From an uncultured Gammaproteobacteria bacterium (GTDB lineage: Bacteria; Patescibacteriota; Patescibacteriia; Veblenbacterales; UBA10138), in contig CAYGDX010000005.1 of assembly GCA_964348825.1 (NCBI GenBank), forward strand, positions 1-63,998: a stretch of 63,998 bases of DNA. The letters are read 5' to 3'. Every line of letters begins with the position of its first letter. Within the stretch, counting starts at the first letter, position 1. The notes beneath the pieces are model-generated. The model was given only the letters and a program-made list of their open reading frames with translations, was not told the DNA's origin and did no database searches. Below are positions 9,258 to 18,312 of this stretch, one piece after another. Both the position numbers and the translations under genes were made by a program.

Positions 9258-9527
9258 ATGTATGAAGTTGTTTTGTGTACCTACGAAAATCTACCAAGCG
9301 AGGTGGATAAAGAATGGGGCCTATCGGATAACGGGGCCGGCAAAGAATACGCCGGATATATCATTGAAAAGGTGGACGGAGAGGTAATTGCTGTCCATTC
9401 TGACGCAATGGAATCGGAGGACGCTAGTTTTTACAGGGACTTAAAGTGGATAGCAGATGCCTTAAGGGAAGCGTATTTGCGTGGTCTAGAATATGGAATT
9501 GAGAAGAGAACGGAGGTACAAGCATAA
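9258..9527 (+). CDS. Hypothetical acidic protein
   Basis: 89-aa ORF starting 1 nt after the previous stop. Confidence 0.5.
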   Translation: MYEVVLCTYENLPSEVDKEWGLSDNGAGKEYAGYIIEKVDGEVIAVHSDAMESEDASFYRDLKWIADALREAYLRGLEYGIEKRTEVQA

Positions 9528-10522
9528 TGGCAAATGAAGTTGCGGTCAAAGAACAAACTATGGCAGAACGCTTTACAGGTAAGGTAACGGCGTTATTTCA
9601 AGCCAACGTAGGCGAGGTAGCACTTACTAATTTTCAAAAGCGTTTAGCTCAAAACTATTTCATCGTTGCTGATTCTGTTCTTAAAAAAGCTGAGGAAAAG
9701 CGGCAGAAAAAGTCTGAGCAATATAGAGATAAGGTTCCGGTTATTTGGGCTAATGTCAATATGGATGAGCTTGCCCAAAGTGTTGTGTCGGCTGCAAGGA
9801 TCGGATGGGACCCTACACAGGAAAATCATGTCAACCTTATCCCTTATAAGGATAATGCAACTCAAAAGTACAATCTGACGTTTATCCCCGGCTATCGAGG
9901 GCGTGAATTAAAGGCGAAGAAATATGGGCTTGAGGTTCCGGATGATGTTGTTGTAAGCCTTGTTTACTCCAACGATGTATTTAAGCCTCACATGAAGTCG
10001 TTTAAAAATCCTGTAGAGCATTATGAGTTTGATATTGTAAATCCGTTTGATCGTGGTGAAATTATCGGCGGTTTCTACTACCATATATTCTTCGAGAAAC
10101 CCGAGAAAAACAAACTTGTTATTATGTCTATCAAGGAAATCCTAAAACGAAAACCCGATAAAGCATCGGCAGAGTTTTGGGGCGGGGAAAAGGATGTCTG
10201 GAAAAACGGCAAGGTTGTTGGCAAGGAAACGGTTGAGGGTTGGTACGACAAGATGTGTTATAAGACTGTTTTCATCGCCGCCTACAAAGACATTACCATC
10301 GACAGCCAAAAGATTGATGACGATTATCTCAGACTTAATCAACTTGAAAATGATTTCAAGGAAATCGAAGTTGAACGGGAGATTGCCGAAAATGCCAATA
10401 GTGGCAATGTTGTGGATATTCAAGGCGAAGATGTTCCCGACAAGGAAGGCATTACCGATGCTGAGATAGTCGAAGTGGATAAGAAAGCAGAGGAAAATAC
10501 GGACAAAGGGCCGGGCTTTTAG
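9527..10522 (+). CDS. recT: RecT-family single-strand annealing protein
   Basis: Size, PGYRGRELKAKKYG-type motif, acidic tail, and position between ATPase and MBL nuclease/SSB. Confidence 0.7.
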   Translation: MANEVAVKEQTMAERFTGKVTALFQANVGEVALTNFQKRLAQNYFIVADSVLKKAEEKRQKKSEQYRDKVPVIWANVNMDELAQSVVSAARIGWDPTQENHVNLIPYKDNATQKYNLTFIPGYRGRELKAKKYGLEVPDDVVVSLVYSNDVFKPHMKSFKNPVEHYEFDIVNPFDRGEIIGGFYYHIFFEKPEKNKLVIMSIKEILKRKPDKASAEFWGGEKDVWKNGKVVGKETVEGWYDKMCYKTVFIAAYKDITIDSQKIDDDYLRLNQLENDFKEIEVEREIAENANSGNVVDIQGEDVPDKEGITDAEIVEVDKKAEENTDKGPGF

Positions 10523-10523
10523 G

Positions 10524-11267
10524 ATGAATCTTAAAGTTATCGGAAGTTCTAGTAAGGGTAATGCCTACGTTTTAGAGTCACCAACCGGGAAACTTCTCCT
10601 AGAGTGCGGTTTTTCTAACTTTAGGATTATCAAAGAAGCGTTGAATTACGACTTAAAAAGCGTAAAAGGATGCCTACTCACGCATTCTCATTCCGATCAT
10701 TCTGCCTCAATTTACTATGTTTGTCGTAACGGTATTGATATCTATATGACGCAAGAAACAGCAAATGCAACAGGGGCTAAAGGACATCGAGTAAACATCA
10801 TTGAATCCGGCAAGCATTTTGATGTAGGAGACTTCACCTGTCTCCCCTTCCCCACCGAACACGACTGCCCCGGATCGGTTGGATATTTAATCTACTACAA
10901 ACCAACAGGCGAAAAGCTGATTTTTGCAACAGATACCTATTTCATTCGTAATCGCTTCAAGGGATTAGATTATATCCTTTGCGAGTGCAATTACTGCAAA
11001 GATACCTTAGACTACAACATCGAAAACGGATACATCGCTCAAGGCATGAAAAACCGATTACTCGAAAGTCACTTTTCGCTCGAACACGTTAAAGAATTTT
11101 TATCTGCAAATGACTTATCAAAAGTGAAAGTGATAGTTCTTCTTCATCTCTCCTATCACAATGCAGATGCAGGGAGAATGATTCGAGAGATTAGTGAATT
11201 GACAGGTAAGATAGTTGTTATTGCTGAGGCTGGGAAGGACATTCCGTTAGAGCAATTTCCATTTTAG
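10524..11267 (+). CDS. Metallo-beta-lactamase fold hydrolase (probable recombination exonuclease)
   Basis: HSHSDH motif (HxHxDH) plus downstream H/D ligands. Confidence 0.85.
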   Translation: MNLKVIGSSSKGNAYVLESPTGKLLLECGFSNFRIIKEALNYDLKSVKGCLLTHSHSDHSASIYYVCRNGIDIYMTQETANATGAKGHRVNIIESGKHFDVGDFTCLPFPTEHDCPGSVGYLIYYKPTGEKLIFATDTYFIRNRFKGLDYILCECNYCKDTLDYNIENGYIAQGMKNRLLESHFSLEHVKEFLSANDLSKVKVIVLLHLSYHNADAGRMIREISELTGKIVVIAEAGKDIPLEQFPF

Positions 11268-11280
11268 AGGAGGAAAACCA

Positions 11281-11688
11281 ATGAATCGATGGACAGGAAT
11301 TGGAAGATTAGTACGGGATCCAGAATTGAGGTATAGCACTTCAGGAGTTGCCGTAACTAAATTCACTGTAGCCGTAGACCGTAAATTTAAAAATGCTCAA
11401 GGTGAAAAGGAAACTGACTTTATTCAAACTACTACCTTTAAACAACTGGCCGAACTATGTGCGAATTATTTAAGCAAAGGGAAGCAAGTTTGTGTCAGTG
11501 GGGAATTACAGATTACTTCTTACAATGATAAGGACGGAAACAAGAAGTGGTCCACAGACATTATTGCGGATGATGTTACCTTTCTGAGTCCTAAAAGTGA
11601 AGAACAAAACACAACACCACCCCCACCAACCACCAGCTCATTCGGTCACGAAGTCAACCTAGATGACGACGGAGGTGTGCCCTTCTAA
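11281..11688 (+). CDS. ssb: Single-stranded DNA-binding protein
   Basis: MNRWTGIGRLVRDPELRYSTSGVAVTKFTVAV OB-fold start, Pro-rich linker, acidic tip DDDGGVPF. Confidence 0.9.
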   Translation: MNRWTGIGRLVRDPELRYSTSGVAVTKFTVAVDRKFKNAQGEKETDFIQTTTFKQLAELCANYLSKGKQVCVSGELQITSYNDKDGNKKWSTDIIADDVTFLSPKSEEQNTTPPPPTTSSFGHEVNLDDDGGVPF

Positions 11689-11702
11689 AATAGAAGGCGA
11701 AC

Positions 11703-12248
11703 ATGAAGATGTGTTTTAAATGCGGCATAGAAAAACCTCTTACCGAATTTTACAAACACTCCGCAATGAAAGACGGTCACTTGGGAAAATGTAAACAATG
11801 TACCAAGGATGATTCCAATAAGCACCGTGCAGATAATCTTGAGAGTTGCCAAGCATACGACCGTAAAAGGGCCAATCTACCTCACAGGGTTGCATTAAGG
11901 AAAGAGGTAACGAAAACGTGGGTAGAGGACGGTAGGCAAGCCGATTCGCAGAGAAGATACAGAGAAAGGTATCCCGAAAAATACCACGCTCGAACAATCC
12001 TGGGTAATGCGGTAAGGGATGGGTTGATCATTAAGCCTAATCGGTGTGTCGAGTGTGGAGCAAAGACAAAACTAGAGGGCCACCACGACGATTACAGTAA
12101 ACCATTAGATGTCCGGTGGCTGTGCAATTCCTGTCATGTAGATACTCGCAGAAAATATCCAAAAGATAAAACAGAAGTCTTGTATTTACAACCAAAATCA
12201 ACGCAAATGGAGCTATTTGAATCAAAATCACCTTATTGTTACGTGTAA
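11703..12248 (+). CDS. HNH endonuclease with N-terminal zinc finger
   Basis: CFKCG..CKQC then CVECG...EGHHDDYSKPLDVRWLCNSCH (HNH core). Confidence 0.75.
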   Translation: MKMCFKCGIEKPLTEFYKHSAMKDGHLGKCKQCTKDDSNKHRADNLESCQAYDRKRANLPHRVALRKEVTKTWVEDGRQADSQRRYRERYPEKYHARTILGNAVRDGLIIKPNRCVECGAKTKLEGHHDDYSKPLDVRWLCNSCHVDTRRKYPKDKTEVLYLQPKSTQMELFESKSPYCYV

Positions 12249-12481
12249 TTAGCCATCTTTGGGCAGAAACAACCTCTCAGTCTGGATGCATACGGACTAC
12301 ATACTCTTTCTGCCCGATTAAATCGAATGATTGGAAGTGTTGATTAAATGAAAATGCAGGAAGTTCTTGCAGCTTTAAACGATGAAAGAACTCTTAAATT
12401 TGTTTGCGAAAAACAGCCAAATAATCAAATGGTTTAATTAATGACACTCTTTGTTGGCTAAAAAGTAAAGACCCTGTTGAG

Positions 12482-12718
12482 TTGAATTTTAAATCATATT
12501 TTACCGTTGGCACTATTGAAAAATACGACTGGCAGCTAATTCCTCAAGAAGTAACATGGCAGGAAGCTATTCAAGCGTGGATGGATGGTAAAGAGATAAG
12601 GTGCGATGTAGCTAATGCGAGCTTTAAATATGATTTAATCTGCCATTTCATGAAGGACGTTGAAGGTTTACCACTTAGTAGATCGGGTTTAAGGGATGGC
12701 AAATGGTACATTCTCTAA
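12482..12718 (+). CDS. Hypothetical protein
   Basis: 78-aa ORF with TTG start and no clear Shine-Dalgarno. Confidence 0.35.
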   Translation: MNFKSYFTVGTIEKYDWQLIPQEVTWQEAIQAWMDGKEIRCDVANASFKYDLICHFMKDVEGLPLSRSGLRDGKWYIL

Positions 12719-12724
12719 AAAATT

Positions 12725-12749
12725 AACCAGGAGTTTATTCCTCCTGGTT
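12725..12749 (-). terminator. Intrinsic terminator hairpin shared by convergent genes
   Basis: AACCAGGAG-N7-CTCCTGGTT perfect 9-bp stem. T-run follows on the minus strand. Confidence 0.6.
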
Positions 12750-12908
12750 AATCTCAAAATTATACTTTTTAAATAAATCCTCTAATGCTTCGTCGGTCAG
12801 TTTACTAGCTGGAATCCTAGTATTTTTTGAAAGTTTTCTCAATGCCTCTAAAAGTTTTTTTTCTACTGCTACACCGAATCTCTCCCTATTCTTTAGTTCC
12901 CCTGCCAA
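12735..12908 (-). CDS. Ribbon-helix-helix (CopG/Arc-like) small regulator, 57 aa
   Basis: Hand-translated LAGELKNRERFGVAVEKKLLEALRKLSKNTRIPASKLTDEALEDLFKKY. TTG start 11 nt after AGGAGG. Not in the ORF track (<60 aa). Confidence 0.6.
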   Translation of the reverse strand: MAGELKNRERFGVAVEKKLLEALRKLSKNTRIPASKLTDEALEDLFKKYNFEINQEE

Positions 12909-12988
12909 TTCACTATCATCCTCCTTTATTTCGTATTTTTCTCTATCATATCAGTATATGCAAGTTGTGTAAAGTATATACCTATTGA

Positions 12989-13017
12989 TTGTTACTTGTA
13001 CAAGTTTATGGTATAAT
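12989..13017 (+). promoter_or_regulatory. Sigma-A-type promoter with palindromic operator
   Basis: TTGTTA, 17-nt spacer, TGgTATAAT. Spacer holds the perfect 12-bp palindrome ACTTGTACAAGT (12994-13005). Confidence 0.6.
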
Positions 13018-13048
13018 ATTAATATAGGAAGGAAGTGGTTATACACAA

Positions 13049-13267
13049 ATGGCAAGAGTAAAAACTAATTGCTTTGAATTATCAAAAGCTAGAATAATGG
13101 CCGGATTAACGGTCGCTGAGTTAGCGGAGAAAGTTGGTTGTTCAAGGCAAAACCTATACATGATTGAAGCCGGAAAAACTAGGCCGACTCCAAAATTAAT
13201 GCAAAAAATTGTAGCGATACTCAACATTCCCTTCGATCAAATTTTTTCAATAGTAGAGGGTGAGTAA
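13049..13267 (+). CDS. XRE-family helix-turn-helix regulator
   Basis: LTVAELAEKVGCSRQNLYMIEAGKTRPTPKLMQKIVAIL is a classic HTH_3 pattern. Confidence 0.85.
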   Translation: MARVKTNCFELSKARIMAGLTVAELAEKVGCSRQNLYMIEAGKTRPTPKLMQKIVAILNIPFDQIFSIVEGE

Positions 13268-13667
13268 GGAGTTGAGATATTTGAATAAGATTGAACAACT
13301 TTTTCAAGACACATTCGATTTATTAGTTGATGAGGACGAAGAGTTTTCGGCAGTTGTGGAACTTCTAAATCAAGTTGTAATCGGTATCTATAAAGTTGAT
13401 TTTGTTTACGACAAATGCGTTATTGAGATTGACGGGCATGAGTTTCATAAAACAAAGGAACAAAGAGAGAGAGATTACAAGCGAGAAAGATACCTAATGC
13501 GCCAAGGATATACGGTAATACGGTATATGGGTACTGAGGTATTTTTAAATCCAAAAGAATGCGTTATTGAGGCAATCGAGTTAGGAAATGAAATAACAAG
13601 TAGGGAAATAACGGCATTTCTTGACGGACAAGATGATGGACGCAAGTATGGCAAATGTGCAAATTGA
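13260..13667 (+). CDS. DUF559 / Vsr-like endonuclease-fold protein
   Basis: VIEIDGHEFHKTKEQRERDYKRERYLMRQGYTVIRY matches the DUF559 core. The start may be TTG 13281, 9 nt after AAGGAG. Confidence 0.65.
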   Translation: MSKELRYLNKIEQLFQDTFDLLVDEDEEFSAVVELLNQVVIGIYKVDFVYDKCVIEIDGHEFHKTKEQRERDYKRERYLMRQGYTVIRYMGTEVFLNPKECVIEAIELGNEITSREITAFLDGQDDGRKYGKCAN

Positions 13668-14469
13668 TAACGGAGAGTACACAAGGATTGCGAACATCTT
13701 GCTTGAAAAAACCGCACGGCTCCATTTAAACGGGACGCAGTATTCAATAATACTTACCGTATGGAGATACACATATGGTTTTCAACGATGTGAGCATGAT
13801 CTCTCTATAACTTTTATATCAAATGCGACTAGTGTATCAACTAGAGCCATAAAGAAGGAACTTAAAAATCTTATTGACCGAAATGTGCTTTTAGTGGCAA
13901 AAGAAAGCACTAAGGCAAATTCAAGAGTTCTTAAATTTAATAAGGATTATGACACTTGGCTTGAGGGGAACAATCAATCCCCACCTCAACAGGGGAACAA
14001 TCAATCCCCAGGGGAACAATCAATCCCCTCACAGGGGAACAAAAGATCCCCTCAACAGGGGAACAAAACGACCCCTAAGAAAGAAATAAAAGAAAACTTT
14101 AAAGAAAATATATATATAGTGTTCCAACACTGGAATGCAAAAAAGATAATAACCCACAAATCACTCACCGAAAAGATATCTGGACACATAAACGCAAGGT
14201 TTGAAGAAGGATATTTGGTTGAAGAAATTCTTGAAGCAATTAACAACTATGAAACTATACTTACCGACAATGTTAGTTATTTCTGGACTTACAAATGGGG
14301 ACTTGGTGATTTCTTGGTCAGAGGATTAGAAAAATTTAAATCAGAAAGTAATCCATTTACTAACTTTGCCAACAAGCCAAATACAAGTCAAGTAAATAAA
14401 GTCAATAGACCGAAATCCTTTGATGCAATAGACCAATGGTACGACATGACAAAGGAGATGAAACAATGA
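13633..14469 (+). CDS. Replication initiator, lambda O N-terminal-like winged helix
   Basis: YTRIANILLEKTARLHLNGTQYSIILTVWRYTYGFQR fits the phage replication protein O N-terminus. Linker encoded by iterons. Confidence 0.7.
   Translation: MMDASMANVQIDNGEYTRIANILLEKTARLHLNGTQYSIILTVWRYTYGFQRCEHDLSITFISNATSVSTRAIKKELKNLIDRNVLLVAKESTKANSRVLKFNKDYDTWLEGNNQSPPQQGNNQSPGEQSIPSQGNKRSPQQGNKTTPKKEIKENFKENIYIVFQHWNAKKIITHKSLTEKISGHINARFEEGYLVEEILEAINNYETILTDNVSYFWTYKWGLGDFLVRGLEKFKSESNPFTNFANKPNTSQVNKVNRPKSFDAIDQWYDMTKEMKQ
13965..14075. repeat. Five 18-bp iterons inside the initiator gene (candidate origin)
   Basis: GGGGAACAATCAATCCCC at 13965, 13992 and 14011; variants at 14034 and 14058. Each is an internal inverted repeat. 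An AT-rich tract follows (14076-14125). Confidence 0.85.
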
Positions 14470-15237
14470 ACACTTTAACTCACTTCTCGTTATTTAGCGG
14501 TATCGGAGGAATTGATTTAGCGGCAGAATGGGCCGGATTTGAATCAGTTGGACAATGTGAGTTTGCGGATTATCCAACTAAGGTATTAGAAAAGCATTGG
14601 CCGGAAGTGCCAAGATGGAGGGATATAAGAGATGTTACAACAGAGTCTATTCGAGAACGAATTGGGGGGCAGAATCACCCTCTTGTCAGGTGGATTTCCT
14701 TGCCAACCATTTAGTATTGCTGGAGAACAAAGAGGGAAAGAGGATGAGCGTTACCTCTGGCCTGAAATGTTTAGAGTCATCGAAGAATTGCGGCCGACTT
14801 GGGTTATTGGAGAAAATGTTGCTAACTTCGTCAATATGGCACTCGAAGAAACGTGTGTTGACCTGGAAAGCGCAGGATATGAAGTCCAACCGTTTGTTAT
14901 TCCGGCTTGTGCCGTCGAAGCTCCACACCAAAGACAGAGAGTCTTTATTATCGGACATGTTCCCGACACCGAGCGCAACGGATACCAGGGGTTTGAACGA
15001 TTACAACAAAACATTAGAACGCTTAAAGAACGGAGAGAGGGCACACTTGGGACAATTGCCGAACTATTTAATGATGTTGATTGGGAGAAAAGGGCAATCG
15101 AATCCGGCTTTTTGGGAGCAAATAATGGGGTTCCCAACCGGATGGACAGACTTAAGTGCCTAGGGAATGCGGTAGTACCACAGCAGGTATACCCAATACT
15201 CCAAGCTATAGCGGATATAGAAAGGAGCAGTAGCTAA
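14466..15237 (+). pseudogene. DNA (cytosine-5) methyltransferase interrupted by a frameshift at a G6 tract
   Basis: Motif I FSGIGG is in frame 0. Motif IV GGFPCQPFS, ENV and GNAVVP are in frame +1. The frames join if G6 (14664-14669) were G5. Confidence 0.85.
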
Positions 15238-15800
15238 TGACGCAGGATGAATTTAGAAAGTTCTTCAAATACATTTCCTCAGTGACAACCGACACAAACC
15301 CATCACCAGAAAGAACCCAAGTTTACTACGATACCCTGAATGACCTACCCTTCGATGTTGCCATGATTGCAGCAAGAAAAGTAATAGCAACCCTTGAAAA
15401 TCCATTCTTACCGATGCCAGCAGTATTTAGAGGGGCGGCCGCAGAAATAACAGGGCCAAAAATACCTCCTGCTCCAGATGCTTATGCAGAGGTATTACGA
15501 GCTATTAGATTATTCGGGAGCTATAAACAAAAAGAAGCCCTAGAAAGCCTATCGCCTTTAGTCAGAAAAGCTGCAGAGGCAATCGGATGGAAAGACCTTT
15601 GTTTGAGTGAGGAACCGGACGTAATACGAGGTCAATTCAGAATGGCCTATGAGACACTTGAAAAGCGAGAGGTTATAAACACTAGGACCCCTCAATCTCT
15701 CAAGCAAATAATAGGGGCTATGCAAGAACAAAACGCATTGCCAGAACCTAAGCAAATCACAAAGATGGGTGCTGAAAAAGCAGAGCAGTTTTATTTATAG
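15237..15800 (+). CDS. Putative replicative helicase loader (G39P-like)
   Basis: N-terminal FRKFFKYISS...VYYDTLNDLPFDVAMIAARKVI resembles the SPP1 G39P family. Position after the initiator. Confidence 0.5.
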   Translation: MTQDEFRKFFKYISSVTTDTNPSPERTQVYYDTLNDLPFDVAMIAARKVIATLENPFLPMPAVFRGAAAEITGPKIPPAPDAYAEVLRAIRLFGSYKQKEALESLSPLVRKAAEAIGWKDLCLSEEPDVIRGQFRMAYETLEKREVINTRTPQSLKQIIGAMQEQNALPEPKQITKMGAEKAEQFYL

Positions 15801-15814
15801 GGAGGGACAAGCCT

Positions 15815-16360
15815 ATGGAAGAATACACGTTTAAAAAGTCAACGTGTGAACGCTACGATTTGCGATGGAAACACAACGGGTGGGCTACATTTACGATTGA
15901 TGAAAATGGTGGATTGTTTAGCGTTCAATCTGATTTTGGAAATTACAACTACGCTTGGCCTTTTCATGGAAGAGAATCGTTTAAACATTACATCGTCAAT
16001 GAACTGGCTCGTGATTCTGATTATTTTCTTGGAAAAGTGTCTAATAGAAATTACTTTGACTCAAGCAAAGCAGAAAAACAATGGAAGAAAAAGATTATTG
16101 AACTTCGTAAAGATGGAGAATGCACCAAAGAGCAAGCCCGTGATGCTTGGGAATTTCTTGTGAATGATTTGGGTGTTGACGGTTCCGTAGATTATATCCA
16201 AAACGAAATTTATGGAAGTAGTGCGATATCTGCGTTATCCGAGGAACCTTGGTACGACTTTGACATCGAACTTGATTACCCATATATGGCAATAAGATTT
16301 GCCAACGAAGTTATGCCAATGTTTGCGGACATCCTTAGAAAAGAAATTGAAACGCCATGA
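15815..16360 (+). CDS. Hypothetical protein
   Basis: 181-aa ORF after GGAGGGACAAGCCT spacing. Confidence 0.55.
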   Translation: MEEYTFKKSTCERYDLRWKHNGWATFTIDENGGLFSVQSDFGNYNYAWPFHGRESFKHYIVNELARDSDYFLGKVSNRNYFDSSKAEKQWKKKIIELRKDGECTKEQARDAWEFLVNDLGVDGSVDYIQNEIYGSSAISALSEEPWYDFDIELDYPYMAIRFANEVMPMFADILRKEIETP

Positions 16361-16710
16361 GGCCAATAACCTTCGACCAAACAAAAGCTAAAAAACTCTA
16401 CCTTAAACTAAAGTCGGATGCAGAAATAGGAAAGGCCTTAAATGTACCACCAAGCACAATAAAGTCATGGAGGCAAAGGGAGAGACTTAAAGACATAGCA
16501 GTTAAGAAAAATACTAAACGATACCATAAGCCCAAAAAACGCAAAAATTATGCGGATGTTCTTCCCTTTGAGCAAGCAATAGAGATGAATAAATTCCTCA
16601 AAACATTATCAAGGGTTGGAAGAATTGCGGTTAAGGCAGGGGTTAAGCCGGACGTTGGAAAGTTAATGAACGCATGGAGAGGCGAAGTGCCGAGAGAAGG
16701 AGTGAGTTGA
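16357..16710 (+). CDS. Small HTH DNA-binding protein
   Basis: DAEIGKALNVPPSTIKSWRQRERL helix-turn-helix, basic tail. Confidence 0.5.
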   Translation: MRPITFDQTKAKKLYLKLKSDAEIGKALNVPPSTIKSWRQRERLKDIAVKKNTKRYHKPKKRKNYADVLPFEQAIEMNKFLKTLSRVGRIAVKAGVKPDVGKLMNAWRGEVPREGVS

Positions 16711-16916
16711 TTATCGCGATGGAAATAGACGAAGCAAAAGCAACAGAACTTTGGAATATTGGCCTACTCGACCGCGATATCTGCGAAAGACTTGGATACA
16801 ACCGAAAAACCTTTGCAAAGTGGCGAAAGAACAGAGGGATGGCAAGTAATAAAGGTGTGCTTGATTGGACTAATGCCACAGAAACCACAGCAGGGGTCAA
16901 GGGAATGGCATTGTAG
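16707..16916 (+). CDS. Small HTH DNA-binding protein
   Basis: DRDICERLGYNRKTFAKWRKNRG; TTG overlaps the previous stop. Confidence 0.45.
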   Translation: MIIAMEIDEAKATELWNIGLLDRDICERLGYNRKTFAKWRKNRGMASNKGVLDWTNATETTAGVKGMAL

Positions 16917-16998
16917 GCGTTAGGATTGTTTGGGGGTAGGAATATTAGGTGGACAGGCTGTAGGGTGGCTTGAGGAAGCGAGAGAGGGGTTGTAATGA

Positions 16999-17382
16999 AT
17001 GAGTGAAACTAAGTTTACATCTGGTCCGTGGGAACTTGAACAAACTGAGGATGGCCACGTTATCAGAATGGGTAAGGCTATTGAAAATCATAGTGAGTTT
17101 CCTAGTCATCTAGAAATTGATTATGACCATGGATGTTTATTGGATGGAGAAGAAGGCGATGTTTTCAACGAAATAGAGATTAAGCAAGCAGAAGAAGCTT
17201 ATGCCAATGCAAGGCTAATAGCCGCTGCTCCCGATATGCATAAAGCATTGAACGATATTTTATCTCATGTGGAAAATATTCCGTTGAATCCTCACGTTCT
17301 GAGCATTATCTCAATATACGAAGAAGTCATGGTAAAAGCTCAATATGGAGAACGCCCTCTAGCTATGGAGGATAAAACATGA
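16999..17382 (+). CDS. Conserved phage hypothetical protein
   Basis: SGPWE...ANARLIAAAPDM motif recurrent in phage proteins of unknown function. Confidence 0.55.
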   Translation: MSETKFTSGPWELEQTEDGHVIRMGKAIENHSEFPSHLEIDYDHGCLLDGEEGDVFNEIEIKQAEEAYANARLIAAAPDMHKALNDILSHVENIPLNPHVLSIISIYEEVMVKAQYGERPLAMEDKT

Positions 17383-17915
17383 TAATCATCGGAATTGATC
17401 CGAGTTTAGTTTCTACGGGAATCTGCTTAATGCCAGAAGATGGAGAAGTTATAGAATCGAATGCAATACAACCAAAGAGTGTAGGCATGGAACGATTATC
17501 TTTTCTTCGTCAACAAATCATAAATATCATTGCAAAGTATGATATTCACGACATTAGAGCATTTATCGAGGGGTATTCTCATGGTAGTAGTGGCATGAGG
17601 GAGTCAATGGCTGAATGGGGAGGAGTCTTACGCCTGGCACTTTATGAAAACAATATAGAATTTATCGAAGTGCCGCCAAAAACATTGAAGAAATTTGCTA
17701 CTGGAAACGGTAATGCTGACAAAATCCTGATGGGCGTACAGCTCATGAAAGAGTTTGGACTAGAATATCCAACAAGCGATCAGACAGACGCGTTTTGGCT
17801 TTCGTTTTTTGGTAGAGCTTACTATGGATTAATCCCAAAATTAACAAAGGCCCGGGAAGAAATTATTGCAGATATGAAAAAGCCTAAAGTTAAAAAGAAG
17901 GTGACCAAAAAGTGA
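17379..17915 (+). CDS. ruvC: RuvC-like Holliday junction resolvase
   Basis: IIGIDPSLVSTGICL catalytic Asp start, E..., DQTDAFWL C-terminal acidic motif. Confidence 0.85.
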   Translation: MIIIGIDPSLVSTGICLMPEDGEVIESNAIQPKSVGMERLSFLRQQIINIIAKYDIHDIRAFIEGYSHGSSGMRESMAEWGGVLRLALYENNIEFIEVPPKTLKKFATGNGNADKILMGVQLMKEFGLEYPTSDQTDAFWLSFFGRAYYGLIPKLTKAREEIIADMKKPKVKKKVTKK

Positions 17916-18211
17916 GCAAGTGCCAATCGTGCGAACGCTTTACCTATAAAGCAGGAATAAGCCTAGGGCTACAAAAGATGACCGGAATTAATGGACCTAC
18001 ATCTCCAACCTGCTACTGCGACTACGCGAATGTCCAGTGGGCTAGACATTCGGGAGAAATCAAGAAACCGTTTGGAATTAAATGCGACTACAAAATAAGA
18101 GTTATGCACTGTGATGAGTGTGGCAAACTTTTGAAAAGCAATAACGATATTTGGATGAAACTCACGCAGGAAACTTATATTTGCAAGAAGTGCGGGGGGA
18201 AGAAAAAATGA
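17912..18211 (+). CDS. Cys-rich zinc-binding protein
   Basis: CQSC, CDEC, CKKC pairs; coupled start. Confidence 0.5.
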   Translation: MSKCQSCERFTYKAGISLGLQKMTGINGPTSPTCYCDYANVQWARHSGEIKKPFGIKCDYKIRVMHCDECGKLLKSNNDIWMKLTQETYICKKCGGKKK

Positions 18212-18312
18212 AACCTCTAAAACCAAAACAGAAAAAGGTCAAGTGTCCGAAATGCGGAGCGATGATCAGTAAAGAGTGGATGAGTCGGCATAAGTGCAGG
18301 GGAGGGTATTAG
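18208..18312 (+). CDS. Small zinc-ribbon protein (34 aa)
   Basis: Hand-translated MKPLKPKQKKVKCPKCGAMISKEWMSRHKCRGGY; fills the gap exactly. Confidence 0.4.
   Translation: MKPLKPKQKKVKCPKCGAMISKEWMSRHKCRGGY

Noticed and set aside
12349-12718. DUF2829/Tad2-like anti-defence protein (EA..A...GK.I patterns in the 29-aa and 78-aa ORFs)
   Set aside because: The similarity is only a short loose pattern, the ORFs lack good start signals and may be fragments, so the call is not supportable without a profile search.
13965-14075. Possible CRISPR-like array (regularly spaced 18-bp repeats)
   Set aside because: The repeats lie inside a coding frame and are separated by only 1-9 bp. No cas genes or leader are present. 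The layout matches replication iterons.
14597-15163. Overlapping ORFs 14597..15163 (+), 14686..14958 (-) and 14751..15137 (-)
   Set aside because: These are shadow frames of the methyltransferase gene. They lack SD sequences and have an implausible composition.
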